A DNA stretch of 64,000 bases from the human T2T-CHM13v2.0 reference genome, Homo sapiens (GCF_009914755.1 NC_060928.1); one strand, 5' to 3'; counted from the first letter of the stretch, positions 12,205 to 26,414 are shown. The notes: generated by a model not told the origin, from the sequence alone. Numbers and translations: made by a program.

Positions 12205-15200
12205 CTGTGCCTCCTTCCAGTCAGGGATTCAGGGCCTGAAACAGAAACCATTCAAAGTATATTAAGGAGAGAAGATATTTAGTAGAAGAACTTGGTGCTT
12301 ATAAAATTATTGGAAGAATATTCTTTAGAGTCTGCCACTCGAACTATTGTTAAAATCATTCATGCCATAGTGTGGTTTCTCTCCAAGTATCAGGAAGGCA
12401 TTGCAGAACACTGTCACCACCAGAGCCACCACCACCATCACTGCAACAACCACCACCACGCCACCACCCCCATCACCACCACCACCATTACCATGACCAC
12501 CATTACCACCACCACCAACAGCACCACTGCCACCACCACTGCCACCACCACCACCCCCATCACCACCAACACCACCACCATCACCACCACTGCCACCACC
12601 ACCACCCCCATCACCACCACTGCCATCACCACCATCACTACCACTACCACCACCATCACCATCACCACCATCACCACCACCACCACTACCACCACCACCA
12701 TCACCACCATCACTACCACCACCACCATCACCGTCACCACTGCCACCACCACCCCATCACCGCCACCGCCACCACCACTGCCACCACCACCATCAACGCC
12801 ATCACCGCCACCGCCATCACCACCACCACCGCCATCACCGCCACCACCGCCACCACCACCACCATCACCGCTATCACCGCCACCGCCACCACCGCCATCA
12901 CCGCCACCACAGCCACCGCCATCAATGCCACCACCACCACCATCGCCACCACCACCACCACCATCACTGCCACCGCAACCACCACTACCGCCACTGCCAC
13001 TGCCACTGCCACCACAACCACCACCTTCCCCACCACCATCTCCACCACCACCACCACCATCACCACCACCACCACCATCACCACCACCACCATCACCACC
13101 ACCACCATCACCACCACCACCATCACCACTGCCACCACCGCCACCACCATCGCCACCATCACCACCACCACCACCACCATCACCACTACCACCACCATCA
13201 CCACCACCGCCACCACAACTGCCACCGCCACTGCCACTGCCACTGCCACCGCCGCCACCATCACCACCACCACCATAACCACGACTACCGCCACTGTCAC
13301 TGCCACTGCCACCACAACCACCACCTTCCCCACCACCATCACCACCACCACCATTGCCACCAATATCACCACTGCCACAACCATCACCACCACCACCATC
13401 ACCGCCACCGCCACCACCGCCATCACCGCCACCACAGCCACCGCCATCAATGCCACCACCACCACCATCGCCACCACCACCACCACCATCACTGCCACCG
13501 CAACCACCACTACCGCCACTGCCACTGCCACTGCCACCACAACCACCACCTTCCCCACCACCATCTCCACCACCACCACCACCATCACCACCACCACCAC
13601 CATCACCACCACCACCATCATCACCACTGCCACCACCGCCACCACCATCGCCACCATCACCACCACCACCACCACCATCACCACTACCACCACCATCACC
13701 ACCACCGCCACCACAACTGCCACCGCCACTGCCACTGCCACTGCCACCGCCACCATCACCACCACCACCATAACCACGACTACCGCCACTGTCACTGCCA
13801 CTGCCACCACAACCACCACCTTCCCCACCACCATCACCACCACCACCATTGCCACCAATATCACCACTGCCACAACCATCACCACCACCACCATCACCGC
13901 CACCGCCACCACCGCCATCACCGCCACCACAGCCACCGCCATCAATGCCACCGCCACCACCATCGCCACCACCACCGCCACCACGGCTATCGCCGCCACC
14001 ACCGCCACCGCCACCACCACCACCACCATCACCACCACCACCGCCACCGCCACCATTGCCACCACCACCACCACCATCACCGCCACCACCACCACCACCA
14101 CCACTGCCACCACCACCATCATCACCGCCATCACTGCCACCACCATCACCACCGCCACCACCACCACCACCATCACCACCACCGCAACCACCACTACCGC
14201 CACTGCCACTGCCACTGCCACCACAACCACCACCTTCCCCACCACCATCTCCACCACCACCACCACCATCACCACCACCACCACCATCACCACCACCACC
14301 ACCATCACCACCACCACCATCATCACCACTGCCACCACCGCCACCACCATCACCACCATCACCACCACCACCACCATCACCACTACCACCATCACCACCA
14401 CCACCACCACCGCCACCACCATCACCACCATCACCACCACCACCACCATCACCACTACCACCACCATCACCGCCACCGCCACCACCGCCATCACCGCCAC
14501 CACAGCCACCGCCATCAATGCCACCGCCACCACCATCGCCACCACCACCGCCACCACGGCTATCGCCGCCACCACCGCCACCGCCACCACCACCACCACC
14601 ATCACCACCACCACCGCCACCGCCACCATTGCCACCACCACCACCACCATCACCATCACCACTACCACCACCACCACTGCCACCACAACTGCCACCGCCA
14701 CTGCCACTGCCACTGTCACCACAACCACCACTGCCCCCACCACCATCACCACCGCCACCACCACCACCACCATCACCACCACCACCGCCACCGCCACCAT
14801 TGCCACCACCACCACCACCATCACCGCCACCACCACCACCACCACCACTGCCACCACCACCATCATCACCGCCATCACTGCCACCACCATCACCACCGCC
14901 ACCACCACCACCACCACCATCACCACCACCGCAACCACCACTACCGCCACTGACACTGCCACTGCCACCACAACCAACACCTTCCCCACCACCATCTCCA
15001 CCACCACCACCACCATCACCACCACCATCACCACCACCACCACCATCACCACCACCACCATCATCACCACTGCCACCACCGCCACCACCATCACCACCAT
15101 CACCACCACCACCACCATCACCACTACCACCACCATCACCACCACCGCCACCACAACTGCCACCGCCACTGCCACTGCCACTGTCACCACAACCACCACT

Positions 15201-16122
15201 GCCCCCACCACCATCACCACCACCACCATCACCACCATCATCACCACTGCCACAACCATCACCACCACCACCATCACCACCATCATCACCACTGCCACAA
15301 CCATCACCACCACCACCATCACTGCCACCGCCACCACCGCCAACACCATCACCATCACCACCACCACCGCCACCATCACCACTGCCACAACCATCACCAC
15401 CACCACCGCTGCCGCCACCACACCACCACCATCACCACCACCACAACCACCATTGCCACTATCACCGCCACTGCCACCACCACTACCGCTGCCACCACCT
15501 TCACCGCTGCCGCCACCGCCACCACCACCATCGCCACCATCACCACCACCACTACAACCATCACCACCACCACCATCACCGCCGCTGCCACCGCCACCAC
15601 CACCACCACCATCGCCACCATCCTCACCACCGCTACCACCACTGCCATTGCCACCAACACAATCACTGCCACCACCACCACCATTGCCACCATCGCCACC
15701 ATCACCACCACTGCTGCCACCATTGCTACCACCACCACCATTGCCACCATCACCACCATCACCCACACCACCATCACCACCACCACCGTCACCACCACCA
15801 CCGCCGTCGCCACCACCACCACCACAAGCACCACTACAATTGTCTCCACGCATAAATATATGTATGTATATGGAATAGTAAATCTAACCACTTGCCAGCA
15901 AATATAGAAAAAAAGCAGCAGGAATTTGGCATTTCTGTCATCCCATGCTCTAGTTTGGGCATGTTAGTGATAAAACCCAATTTGTATCAATATCTCTATT
16001 TGCAAAGAATACATCCATTTTTAGATTTTTAGCCTTTATCCAATGGGCTATTCACTAGAAACAAATTGGAAAGGAGGTAGAGTGCAAAATAATCATGTCC
16101 ATTGTAGCCCTCAGTATCCACA
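12205..16122 (-). mobile_element. Old ERVL/MaLR-class LTR (3' LTR), split by the CCA array into ~12205-12412 and ~15840-16122
   Basis: Left part CAGTCAGGGATTCAGGGCCTGAAACAGAAACCATTCAAAGTATATTAAGGAGAGAAGATATTTAGTAG and right part ending CAGTATCCACA resemble antisense old MLT1/LTR33-class LTRs. ERVL internal sequence abuts on the right. Subfamily not determined. Confidence 0.55.
12413..15838. repeat. ~3.4 kb degenerate (CCA)n/(TGG)n tandem array with higher-order structure
   Basis: Continuous ACC/ATC/GCC/ACT triplets. The rare marker ATCAATGCC recurs at 12921, 13446, 13941 and 14514. Confidence 0.98.
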
Positions 16123-17881
16123 TCATCCTGTAACTCAATCTAAAAACAAGTACAGCAACATCATCCTTAACAGGTTGTAAATCTTGCTCACACAAAAGAA
16201 AACATGCTCACTCTTTTTCCAAAAAGCGAGGCTAAAGCCTCATCAGTTGCTCTGCTTGTCCTATTCTACCTCTGTCACATTACATTCTAAACTTCAAATA
16301 CTGATGGGCTGTCTGTCTCATGGGGACTCGGTATTCCATGATCAGGGGTTAACTTTCTGCCCGTAACCAATAACATGCCAAAAGTAGATTCTCAATTTTC
16401 TGCCTTTGCCAAAGAGATCAGAGTTTTATTTGCACATTGCTTGTTTCATTAAGATTCTCCTGAAGAAGAAACTGCCATTTTTCCATCAGTGTGATAATTG
16501 CTTTTGGTTTACTAATTCTAGGGGATTGGCTGTTCTCGGGATTTAACTTAGCTCTTTCTACAGCATTATCTCTCACTCCATAGGTCACATAACTAAAAGA
16601 AGAATGTTTCCTGTGTCTGTATGTGTTGATGCCAACAGTTAATTCAAAATGGAAAAATAATCACAGTATGCATTTAGGGACACTCTGAGCTCATGAGAAT
16701 GGATTCAAGTCAAAATTCCTGTTTATCATCTGAGTCCCCCATTATGATAGTAAACCAGAAAGTCATTTTAATTCTGTAGTAATTATTACTATTTCAGAGC
16801 CAGTATTCAGTAATCCCCCAAAGTCTCGGTATTTCTCTTTCCTCACTGCATGGGTACATGGTTAAATTGTTTTCAGTCCCTTTGGGAAAGACTAGCAGCT
16901 GTATATAAAGCCCATAAATGTGGCCGTTCACAGATTCACAGCTTCCCCCTCATTGAGGAAGGAGTGGGGGTGTGAACTAGTTCCACTAAGGGAATGGGGT
17001 ATAGGCTAAAACTCTCCAGTCTAAAATTTTAAATATTATGTTTAAAAATTAAATTTAAATCTTAAATTTCCTTAAGTCAAATATCCTTTTATGTCAGACA
17101 ATTTAAAATTTGTGGTTTAATAGCAAGGATAAATTTATGTTGGCTTCTACAGATTCAAACTTTGAAACTCTACATTAAAATTAACACCACCATATAATTT
17201 TGGCCTTCCTGCCTATTACTATTAAACAAGTCTGTTCAATTATCTATCATTTAATTACTGCCACTTGTGACTCCAATATCCAGTCATCCTTGTTAATATT
17301 AGGAAACCCATTTATATAGCTGTTTCTTCACTTTTATTCTTGGCTTCAGAGAAAAGCCACTAATTACTTCACCTTTCAAGAATGTGGATATTACCTTAAC
17401 CAATCAGTCCCCAATGGCTTGTTGAATGTTGTGTACTCTGAACCATGACTAACAATACAAATACAAATATAGGTCATGTGTGTTAAATATATTTTAATTT
17501 TTTATATGTCTAAGCCCTGCATTTTTTTCTCTGCATTCTATATAGGTAGCCTAGTATCTCAAGTTCATTTAGAGATAACCACCATTATATCCACATTTTA
17601 TTCAACCAGTTTCTTAAACAGATAAAATACTTCTTTCCTTTTGGATGAGAATTCAGAATTTCTGGTAATTGATATTGATTATTTGATCCTGATATAAAAG
17701 TATTGCCTCTTCTTTATACCAGCACACTTACAATTTATTTTCACATATATTTCCAATAGTTTGCTCTATAAATGAAAAAACTTTTGCCTCTTTTGTTTTG
17801 TAACCTTCCCCTTTCCAATTCAAAAATTGTAATTGCCTCCGTGGATCATGCTGTGGTCTGATTATGAATATAGAAGGTATA
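16123..17881 (-). mobile_element. ERVL-class internal region (decayed gag-protease remnant; RT/IN deleted)
   Basis: Minus strand 16813-16793 TTACTGAATACTGGCTCTGAA encodes LLNTGSE, against LLDTGSE in the ERVL protease. The flanks align by eye to recalled HERVL gag/pro as far as the VNQKQ motif near 16500. Confidence 0.75.
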
Positions 17882-17886
17882 AAGGG

Positions 17887-18256
17887 TGATATGGTTTGGC
17901 TGTGCCCCCACCCGAATCTCATCTTGAATTGTAGTTCCCATAACCCCCACATGTCATGGAAGGGATCTTCTGGAAGGTAATTAGATTATGGGGGCATTTC
18001 TCCCAGGCTGTTCTTGTGAAAATGAATTCTCATGAGATCTGATGGCTTCATAAGGGGCCTTTCCTGACTTTGCTCTGCACTTCTTCATCCTGCCGCCATT
18101 TGAAGAAGTATGTGTTTGCTTCCCCTTCTGCCATGACTGTAAGTTTCCTGAGATCTCCCTAGTCCTGTGCAAATGTAAGTTAATTAAACCTCTTTCTTTT
18201 ATAAATTACCCAGTCTCGGGTACGTACTAAGAGCAGTGCAAGAACAGACTAATGCA
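17887..18256 (+). mobile_element. THE1C-like MaLR solo LTR
   Basis: Runs from TGATATGGTTTGGCTGTGCCCCCACCCGAATCTC to AGAACAGACTAATGCA. Perfect 5-bp TSD AAGGG at 17882-17886 and 18257-18261. Confidence 0.92.
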
Positions 18257-18429
18257 AAGGGCAATGCGAATTATTGTGTGTATGGAGGCAAAAAGCAAAA
18301 TTAATGTGGAGGAAGGACAATAATTGTTTTTTTAGTACTACAATACCAAAGATTGGGGAAGAAGTCAAAGAAATTATATCTTTTTTATTTTTGAATATTA
18401 AGATAAAAATCATACAGCCGAATTCACTC

Positions 18430-19119
<690 letters not shown>

Positions 19120-19443
19120 TTAATATTTCCATTATATAATTCCCTCATGCCTGTTTAGAATCTTCTTGTTCCCTACAACCAGCCCCTGATAACAACTGAT
19201 ATAATTTTTGTTTCTATTGTTTTTCCTTTTCCAAAATATTATATGAATGAAATTATATGATATGTAGTCTTTGAGTCTGGCTTTCATTTAGCATGATGCA
19301 TTTGTGATGCATTGCAATAATTCATATTATTGTATGTGTCTTTAGTTTGTTCTTCATTGCCAAGGACTTGTCTAGTGCATAATTATTCCACAGTTTGTTT
19401 ATACAGTCCACAGATGAATGAAGGGCATTGGAATTGTTTTCAG

Positions 19444-19741
<298 letters not shown>

Positions 19742-19919
19742 TGTTTTCAGTTTTGGGTAATCAGAAATAAAGTCTTTGTAAACATTCATGTACAAATTTT
19801 GTGTGAACCCAGGTTTTCATTTTTCTCAGATCAATACACAGGAGTGAGATTTTTGTGTAGTGTGGTAACTGTATATATGTCATATTTTATGAGAATTTGA
19901 CAACTGATCAGTACAATAG

Positions 19920-20127
<208 letters not shown>

Positions 20128-21104
20128 TGAGAGCACCAGTTGCTCTACATATTTGCCAGCAATTGATATTAACATTTTCTGGCCAATTCTAATAAGAATA
20201 CAACAGTATCTCATGTGGTTTTAATTTGGATTTTCTTACTGACTTATGTTCAGCATCTTCCATTCATTTAAATTATTTACCATTTGCAATCTTCTTTGAT
20301 AAAGTACTCAAAATATTTTGCCCATTTTTAATTGATTTGATTTTGTATTGTTGAGCTTTTAGTGTCCTTTATATTTTATGAATATAAGTCCCTTGTTACA
20401 CACATGGTTTGCAAATATTTATCTCCGACTGTGTGTTGTCTTTCTATTCTGAATAATCCAGAAACCCTTAATCTACTGAGTACCAACTATAAGAATCTAT
20501 AACTACCCTACGTACAAAAAGCTAGAACTAGGCATTGGTATGAATAGAAGCTGATGAGAGAATTGAAAAGCAAAAGTGAAAGAGAATTGAGGTGGGAAGA
20601 ATAATATGGAAAGAAACAAAAGAGGCACTTTTTTTTTTCACTTAAATGACCATCTGATATCAATTCTGTATGTATCCAAAGCAAATAAATGAGAAAAATG
20701 GAGACATTTGAACCATCTTCTGCAATCCATGTCTGTTTATGAGTGACTTACCATAATAATTGTCATTTTGTCGACAAACTGCCACTACATCTCTTTTAGA
20801 TGCTATGATTAACATTGAGGCATTATAATTTAGACAGCTATTCTAATGGTTGTACAGTGCTGTGGCATTGGCTGACTCAAAGCAAATATTAGAGAGAAAG
20901 TGATCCAAGACACATAAAAATGTACAGAATAATTAAAAGTAGCATGTATAAACTAACGAAAATATAAGAAATAATCTCAACAAAAACAGAGTCACATAGA
21001 GACAAATCTGGTTGCAACATTTGATATGCAGGAAATATGTGTAAGGCTTGGGAATATTTCGACCAGAAAGCTAGCACAAAGTTCTACTCTTTAAAATTAC
21101 CAGA

Positions 21105-21371
21105 TTTTTTTTTTTCTTTTTGAGACAAAGTCTCACTGTGTCACCCAGACTGGAGGGCAGTAGTACGATCAAGTGATTCTCCTGCCTCAGCCTCCCGAAT
21201 AGCTGGGATAACAGTTGCCTGTCACCATGCCCAGCTAATTTTTGTATTTTCAGTAAAGACAGGGTTTCACCATGTTGGCCAGGCTGGTCTTGAACTCCTG
21301 ACCTCAGGTGATCCACCCACCTCGGCCTCTCAAAGTGCAGAGATTACAGGCGTGAGCCACAGTGCCCGGCC
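21105..21371 (-). mobile_element. AluS with an internal right-arm deletion
   Basis: GTACGATC is joined directly to AAGTGATTCTCC. TSD-like CCAGAT(T/C)TTT. Confidence 0.9.
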
Positions 21372-21375
21372 CAGA

Positions 21376-21416
21376 TCTTTCTTTCTCTTTCTTCCTTTCT
21401 TTCTTTCTTTCTTTCT

Positions 21417-21476
<60 letters not shown>

Positions 21477-21551
21477 TCCTTCTTTCTTTCTTTCCTTCCT
21501 TCTTTCTTTCTCTCTCTCTCTCTCTCTCTCTTTCCTTCTTTCTTTCTTTTT
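21376..21551. repeat. (CTTT)n/(CT)n microsatellite derived from an Alu tail
   Basis: ~175 bp polypyrimidine tract directly adjoining the next antisense Alu. Confidence 0.95.
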
Positions 21552-21796
21552 GAGTCAGAGTCTCACACTGTTGCCCAGGCTGGAGTGTAATGGCTTAATC
21601 TTGGCTCACTGCAACCTCTGCCTCCCGGGCTCAATTGATTCTCCTGCTTCAGCCCCCTGGCTAATTTTTTTAGTTTTTAGTAGAGACAGGGTTTCACTAT
21701 ATTGGCCAGGCTGGTCTCAAAGTTCTGACCTCGTGACCCACCTGCCTCAGCTTCCCAAAACGCTGGGATTACAGGCATGAGCTACTGCACCCAGCC
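21552..21796 (-). mobile_element. AluS with an internal deletion
   Basis: Antisense Alu in which CAGCCCC is joined to CTGGCTAATTTTT. Confidence 0.9.
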
Positions 21797-22199
21797 CAGA
21801 ATTTCTTATAGAAATTGTCTATGCAAGATATTGGTTCTAGAAATAATGATGACTTCTCTCTATTATTCAAACTTAACCACTAGTGATATTTGCATATTAG
21901 TCAAAAAGTTATTTTCTTTAATTAGAGCTCCCTTTTTGTTGTTTTATGTTCACTGAGTTTTGCACAGAAATAAATTTGTCTTCGATATTTAAAAAAAGAG
22001 GTAGTGAAATCAACTTGCATTAAATATTGAGCTCCACTGTGATGATTATGGCCACTTGCCACTTCAGAATTCACAAGTGCAGTGGCTGTGTGACTCAACG
22101 TCTGGCCATTGACACGTGCATAGATTTTTTTTTTAGTGAGAGTTTTGTTTTGTAGAAAGTGTTTTCTTTTGTTGTTGTTGTTGTTGTTTTATAAATGGG

Positions 22200-22497
22200 G
22201 AAAGAGTAGATAGCATTGCGCCCTTTTCTCTGTCATCCTGTCTTTCAAATAAATGCATTTTTTTAGAGCAGAAGCAGTTGTCTGTGAACAAAAAGTAACA
22301 AGCATGGGGAATAAAGCCATTACACTTTGAGAGAATACTGTGAGAGATAAAGGCTGGCATCTTTGATCTGTTGAATTGATGCAGGTTACATTTACTTCTA
22401 GACTTTGTGTTATGTGAGAAAAATAATACATGTGTTTTAAGCCACTGCAAGTTGGATTTTTTTGTTACTTGAATGAGAACACGGTTATAGCTGAACC
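22200..22497. mobile_element. Old MLT1 (J/K/L-type) LTR fragment(s)
   Basis: CTTCTAGACTTTGTGTTATGTGAGAAAAATAA...TTTAAGCCACTGCAAGTTGGATTTTTTGTTACTTG, typical of an MLT1 3' end. Confidence 0.6.
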
Positions 22498-22631
22498 GAA
22501 GTTGGCTTAGTAGGCCGGCATATGTAAATGTTTACTTATGTTTAAATGTTTAAAATAAAAGCCAAGTGTGAATTTGCCTGTTTGAATCAATATTCACTTT
22601 CTCTCAATAAGCAATAAACATGTATATGTTT

Positions 22632-22956
<325 letters not shown>

Positions 22957-23300
22957 TCAGTATTCCTATCTTTTATTATGGATACCCAGATACTAACACA
23001 GGATGCATCTATATGTAAGTTTCAAGAACTCTTCTGCAACATCTTTGGTGTTGTTTGGAGTTGCATTACTGCTTTGTATGTCAGTTATATATTTGTTACA
23101 GAGTTATCTATTTTCCTGTTTAATTTAGAAAAAAACATATAATAGAAAGAGGAAAATTTTAAAAAATAATAAAACTATATTTTTCATAAGATAAAAAACT
23201 TTATAGATTTTTGATACATGAATAAAAGACACACTGTGGAAAAATGTTTACATATGTCATTGACAGAGCATCATTTTAATAGAATGAGGCATTTGGGGAT

Positions 23301-23768
23301 TGATATGGGTTGAATGTGTCCCCTAAAAGGATATGCTGAGGTCCTAAACCCCAGAACCCGTATAATGTGACCTTATTTGGAAAAGGGTGATTGCAGATAT
23401 AATTAGTTAAGATGAAGTCACATTGGAGTACGGTGTACCCTCAATCCAATGTGACTGGTACCCTTATAAGAAGAGGAGAGGAGATACAGAGGTGAGAATG
23501 CCATGTGAAGACAAAGAGACACATAAAGGGAAGAAAGCCATGTGAATATAGGAGCACAGATTAAAGTTAAGCTGTTATAAGCCAAGAAATATCTGGGGCT
23601 ATCGGAAGATGAACAAGGCAAAGAAGGATTTAACTCTAGAAGCACTGGAGGAAACATGGCACTGCCAACACCTTAATTTCAGACTCATAGACCCCAGAAG
23701 AACTTTCTATTGTTTTAAATTATCCCTTTGTACTATTTTGTTATAGCAGCTCTGGGAAACTAATCACA
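23301..23768 (+). mobile_element. MLT1B/C MaLR LTR
   Basis: TGATATGGGTTGAATGTGTCCCCTAAAAGGATATGCTGAGGTCCTAAACCCCAG to GTTATAGCAGCTCTGGGAAACTAATCACA. Confidence 0.85.
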
Positions 23769-24368
23769 GAGACCTTGGGAGGGAGGGGGAATATTTTGCC
23801 TGTGAAAGGGATGCTAATCACTGGGAGTCCAGGGAGCTGACTTTGGTGAGCTGAGACTTTGAGATGACGCAGTTACCTTCACCTCCTAATAGTCACACCT
23901 TTGTATCGTTCTCACCACTTGAATGGGACCTGAATATAGTGACTTGCCTCTAACAAATAAAATACTATGGGAGGTCACTTCTGAGGTTAGATTATAGAAG
24001 ACTCCAGCTTCCATCTTGGGTTTTTATCTCTCTTATTCTTTTGCTCTCTCTTGGATTTCTCAGCCCAGGAGAAACCAGCTGACATACTGAGAGACAACCC
24101 TGTGGAAAGACATGACATGGGACTAAGGCTGCCAATGATCATTTACATGAATTTGGTATAGAACCTGCCCCTGACTCAAGCCCTCAGATGAGTCCACAGC
24201 CCTGAGAAACACTTGACTGCAAACTTTTGAAAAACCTTAACCCAGAGGTGCACAGGTAATCCACATCTAAGTTCTGGACCCACATTAATGCAGAGATAAC
24301 AAATGGCTGTTGTCTTATACTACTAAATTTGGGGCTAATTTGTTACCTAGCAATAGATAACTAACACA
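23769..24368 (+). mobile_element. MLT1-int 3' end plus MLT1F-like LTR
   Basis: ATATTTTGCCTGTGAAAGGGATG internal end, then GTGACTTGCCTCTAACAAATA...CTAAATTTGGGGCTAATTTGTTACCTAGCAATAGATAACTAACACA. Confidence 0.8.
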
Positions 24369-24429
24369 GTCAATAACTAGAAACTAAGCTAAAAGATGAT
24401 TTCTTTAATATAACAAAGGTACAGTTGGT

Positions 24430-24925
24430 GTATTTGGCTTCTCTTCCCCCATTGGTGAGAGAGGGATACCTGCCCTAAGATCATGGGGATGGCTGAACCT
24501 GTGCTCCTCAACACAGGAGAAATGTGATCAGCAGCAGTTTCTTAGGATATACACATACAGCCAAGGAGAGGAAGACATTACATGCCATGCAGGGTCACAC
24601 AGAGATTGTTTTGGAAACAGAGTGGACAAGAAGCGGCAGGAGAAGGCAGATTTTGTAATGCTAAGAGGATGGGGTGCCCCCTGGTTCCTGCAGGAGGATG
24701 TGCTTGGCTTGTTTGAATAATTCCACAGTCTGAAAGAGAACTACATCCTGCCACTCAGGGATAGGAGGAGTGTTACCTGGTCCCCCTTGATAAAGAGGGT
24801 TGTTTGGCTAGGGAGACCTTATCCACAGGGCTAGAACGGTGAGGAGAACTTGTCAAGCCATTCATTTGAGTCTACTTGGTTTTACCAAACGTCAAGGCAA
24901 CACACCATTCAGGGCTTACACCATA
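24430..24925 (-). mobile_element. MER76-like ERVL LTR
   Basis: The reverse complement starts ATGGTGTAAGCCCTGAATGGTGTGTTGCCTTGACGTTTGGTAAAACC; internal CCCCTGGTTCCTGCAGGAGGATGTGCTTGGCTTGTTTGAATAATTCC. Confidence 0.7.
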
Positions 24926-25992
24926 AGGTTCAGCTACATAATTTTCAGAGCCTACAGCAAAAGGAAAGTCTGGAGTTCCTTGTATAAAAAAACAGGAAAA
25001 CAATGCCATTAAAGCACAGATTATCCTTTTCTCTGCAGCCTCTTTCTTGATTTATTGTAAGTTTTCTTGTTTGCTATTTAATGTTGTTTTAAGTAAAGAA
25101 AAATTTATACTTTAAATTATTAGAACACATTTTGCTGTTCATCTTTATATCATACAATGACAGTTTTAAGTGGAAATATGAGAGCATTTAACTTGTGTGC
25201 AGAGTAAGCAATGTTAAGCAATTTGTTTCTTGGGGCTTATCCAGGAAGATGCCTCTAGCAGGCCAGAAACAGAAAAATCACAGACCAGACTCAAAAAGGG
25301 TTGAAGAAGGAAGAAAGGCTCCTTCCAGGCAAGAAGCTGGCTGAAAGAGCACTCCAGGCATGGAGGTAATCTTGGAGTGCGGACCTTCCCAAGTACATGG
25401 GGCTACCACCCTGTCGTGTGGAATGTTCATTCCTGCCAGCCGCCAAACTCGCATTCCACACTCCAGCCTGGAAGGGGTCTGGGGAATTTGAGACAGAAAC
25501 TTTCTCACAAGCTCACTGCCCCAACCCATGGCAGATAGATGACTCTCAAGATCTTTAAATCTTTGTGCTGGGTCATACTAGTTATCTGCATGGGGGTGGG
25601 AGAGAGGCTTATGCTCATAGAGATGCCACCTGTGGATGAATGCTCACCAGACACCCAATGATATTTGGGTGATGGGCCACCATTCCTTGCACTGAGATGC
25701 TATGAGCTGCAGGTACCCAACCCCACTGGACAGCAAGCAAGAAAAAGGGCTAGCAGGACCGCTGCACCAGGCAACAAGAGATGGGCTGCCGAGATCCCAT
25801 GCTACAGTGACAACAGGAAAAGTGACTTTGGGTAAATAGGGGCTGCACACACCCAGCTCATCCACCATTATCCTACCAGAATTCATTGACAAAATACAAA
25901 TTTAAATGTCAAGATCACCAGGGCAGAACATTAAACCCTAAGCAGAGGGCCCTGTAAAACTGCCCTGGCAGCTTACCATAAAGTTGGCCCTG
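24926..25992. mobile_element. hAT-Tip100 DNA transposon derivative (MER115/Zaphod-like)
   Basis: Left end CAGCTACATAATTTTCAGAGCCTACAGCAAAAGGAAA and right end GGGCCCTGTAAAACTGCCCTGG...CCATAAAGTTGGCCCTG match recalled termini. Confidence 0.65.
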
Positions 25993-26414
25993 ACTAAATG
26001 TCAATGATGAAGGGTCCAATTAATAGCATTGCACAGCACACTGGAAGGCCCGTGAAAAAAATCTGTTAGCCAATTGAGCAAGGTGAGAGCTTCAGGAAAA
26101 TCAAATAAGAAAGAAGAAGGTACAGTTAGGTAATAGGCTAAATATTAGTTCTGTAATATTTTTTGACCTTGGAAATTCTGGACTTTACCTATTGAACCAG
26201 CAAGGGTCACCAAAGGCCATTTCCACTAGTAGGGAAAATGCTGTCTACTTACCATGAAAATCTACATTGGTTGTTTGGTATGAGTCACAACCAGCTGGCT
26301 AGAGATCATTGCAACTGTATATGTGTCAGAAGGTCTTTTTGACTGATGGGAGAGTAGGATTCTGATTGCATAATACTATCTCATGGTAAATTTTTATAAT
26401 TTTTTAAAATAATT

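Noticed and set aside
12292-15891. Long mucin-, extensin- or His-rich ORFs (1168, 1039, 668 and 328 aa) as genes
   Set aside because: They follow directly from a CCA/TGG triplet repeat being stop-poor in most frames. There is no signal peptide, SEA/VWD/CysD domain or convincing splice context, the + strand ORFs start at GTG/TTG, and the tract sits within LTR-like sequence.
18150-18170. PRDM9 hotspot motif in the THE1 LTR
   Set aside because: The position reads TCTCCCTAGTCCT, which does not fit CCNCCNTNNCCNC.
24674-24688. CTCF-like motif GTGCCCCCTGGTTCC (also partial matches near 25623 and 47217)
   Set aside because: Each has mismatches or indels in the core, two lie inside old repeats, and nothing else supports them.
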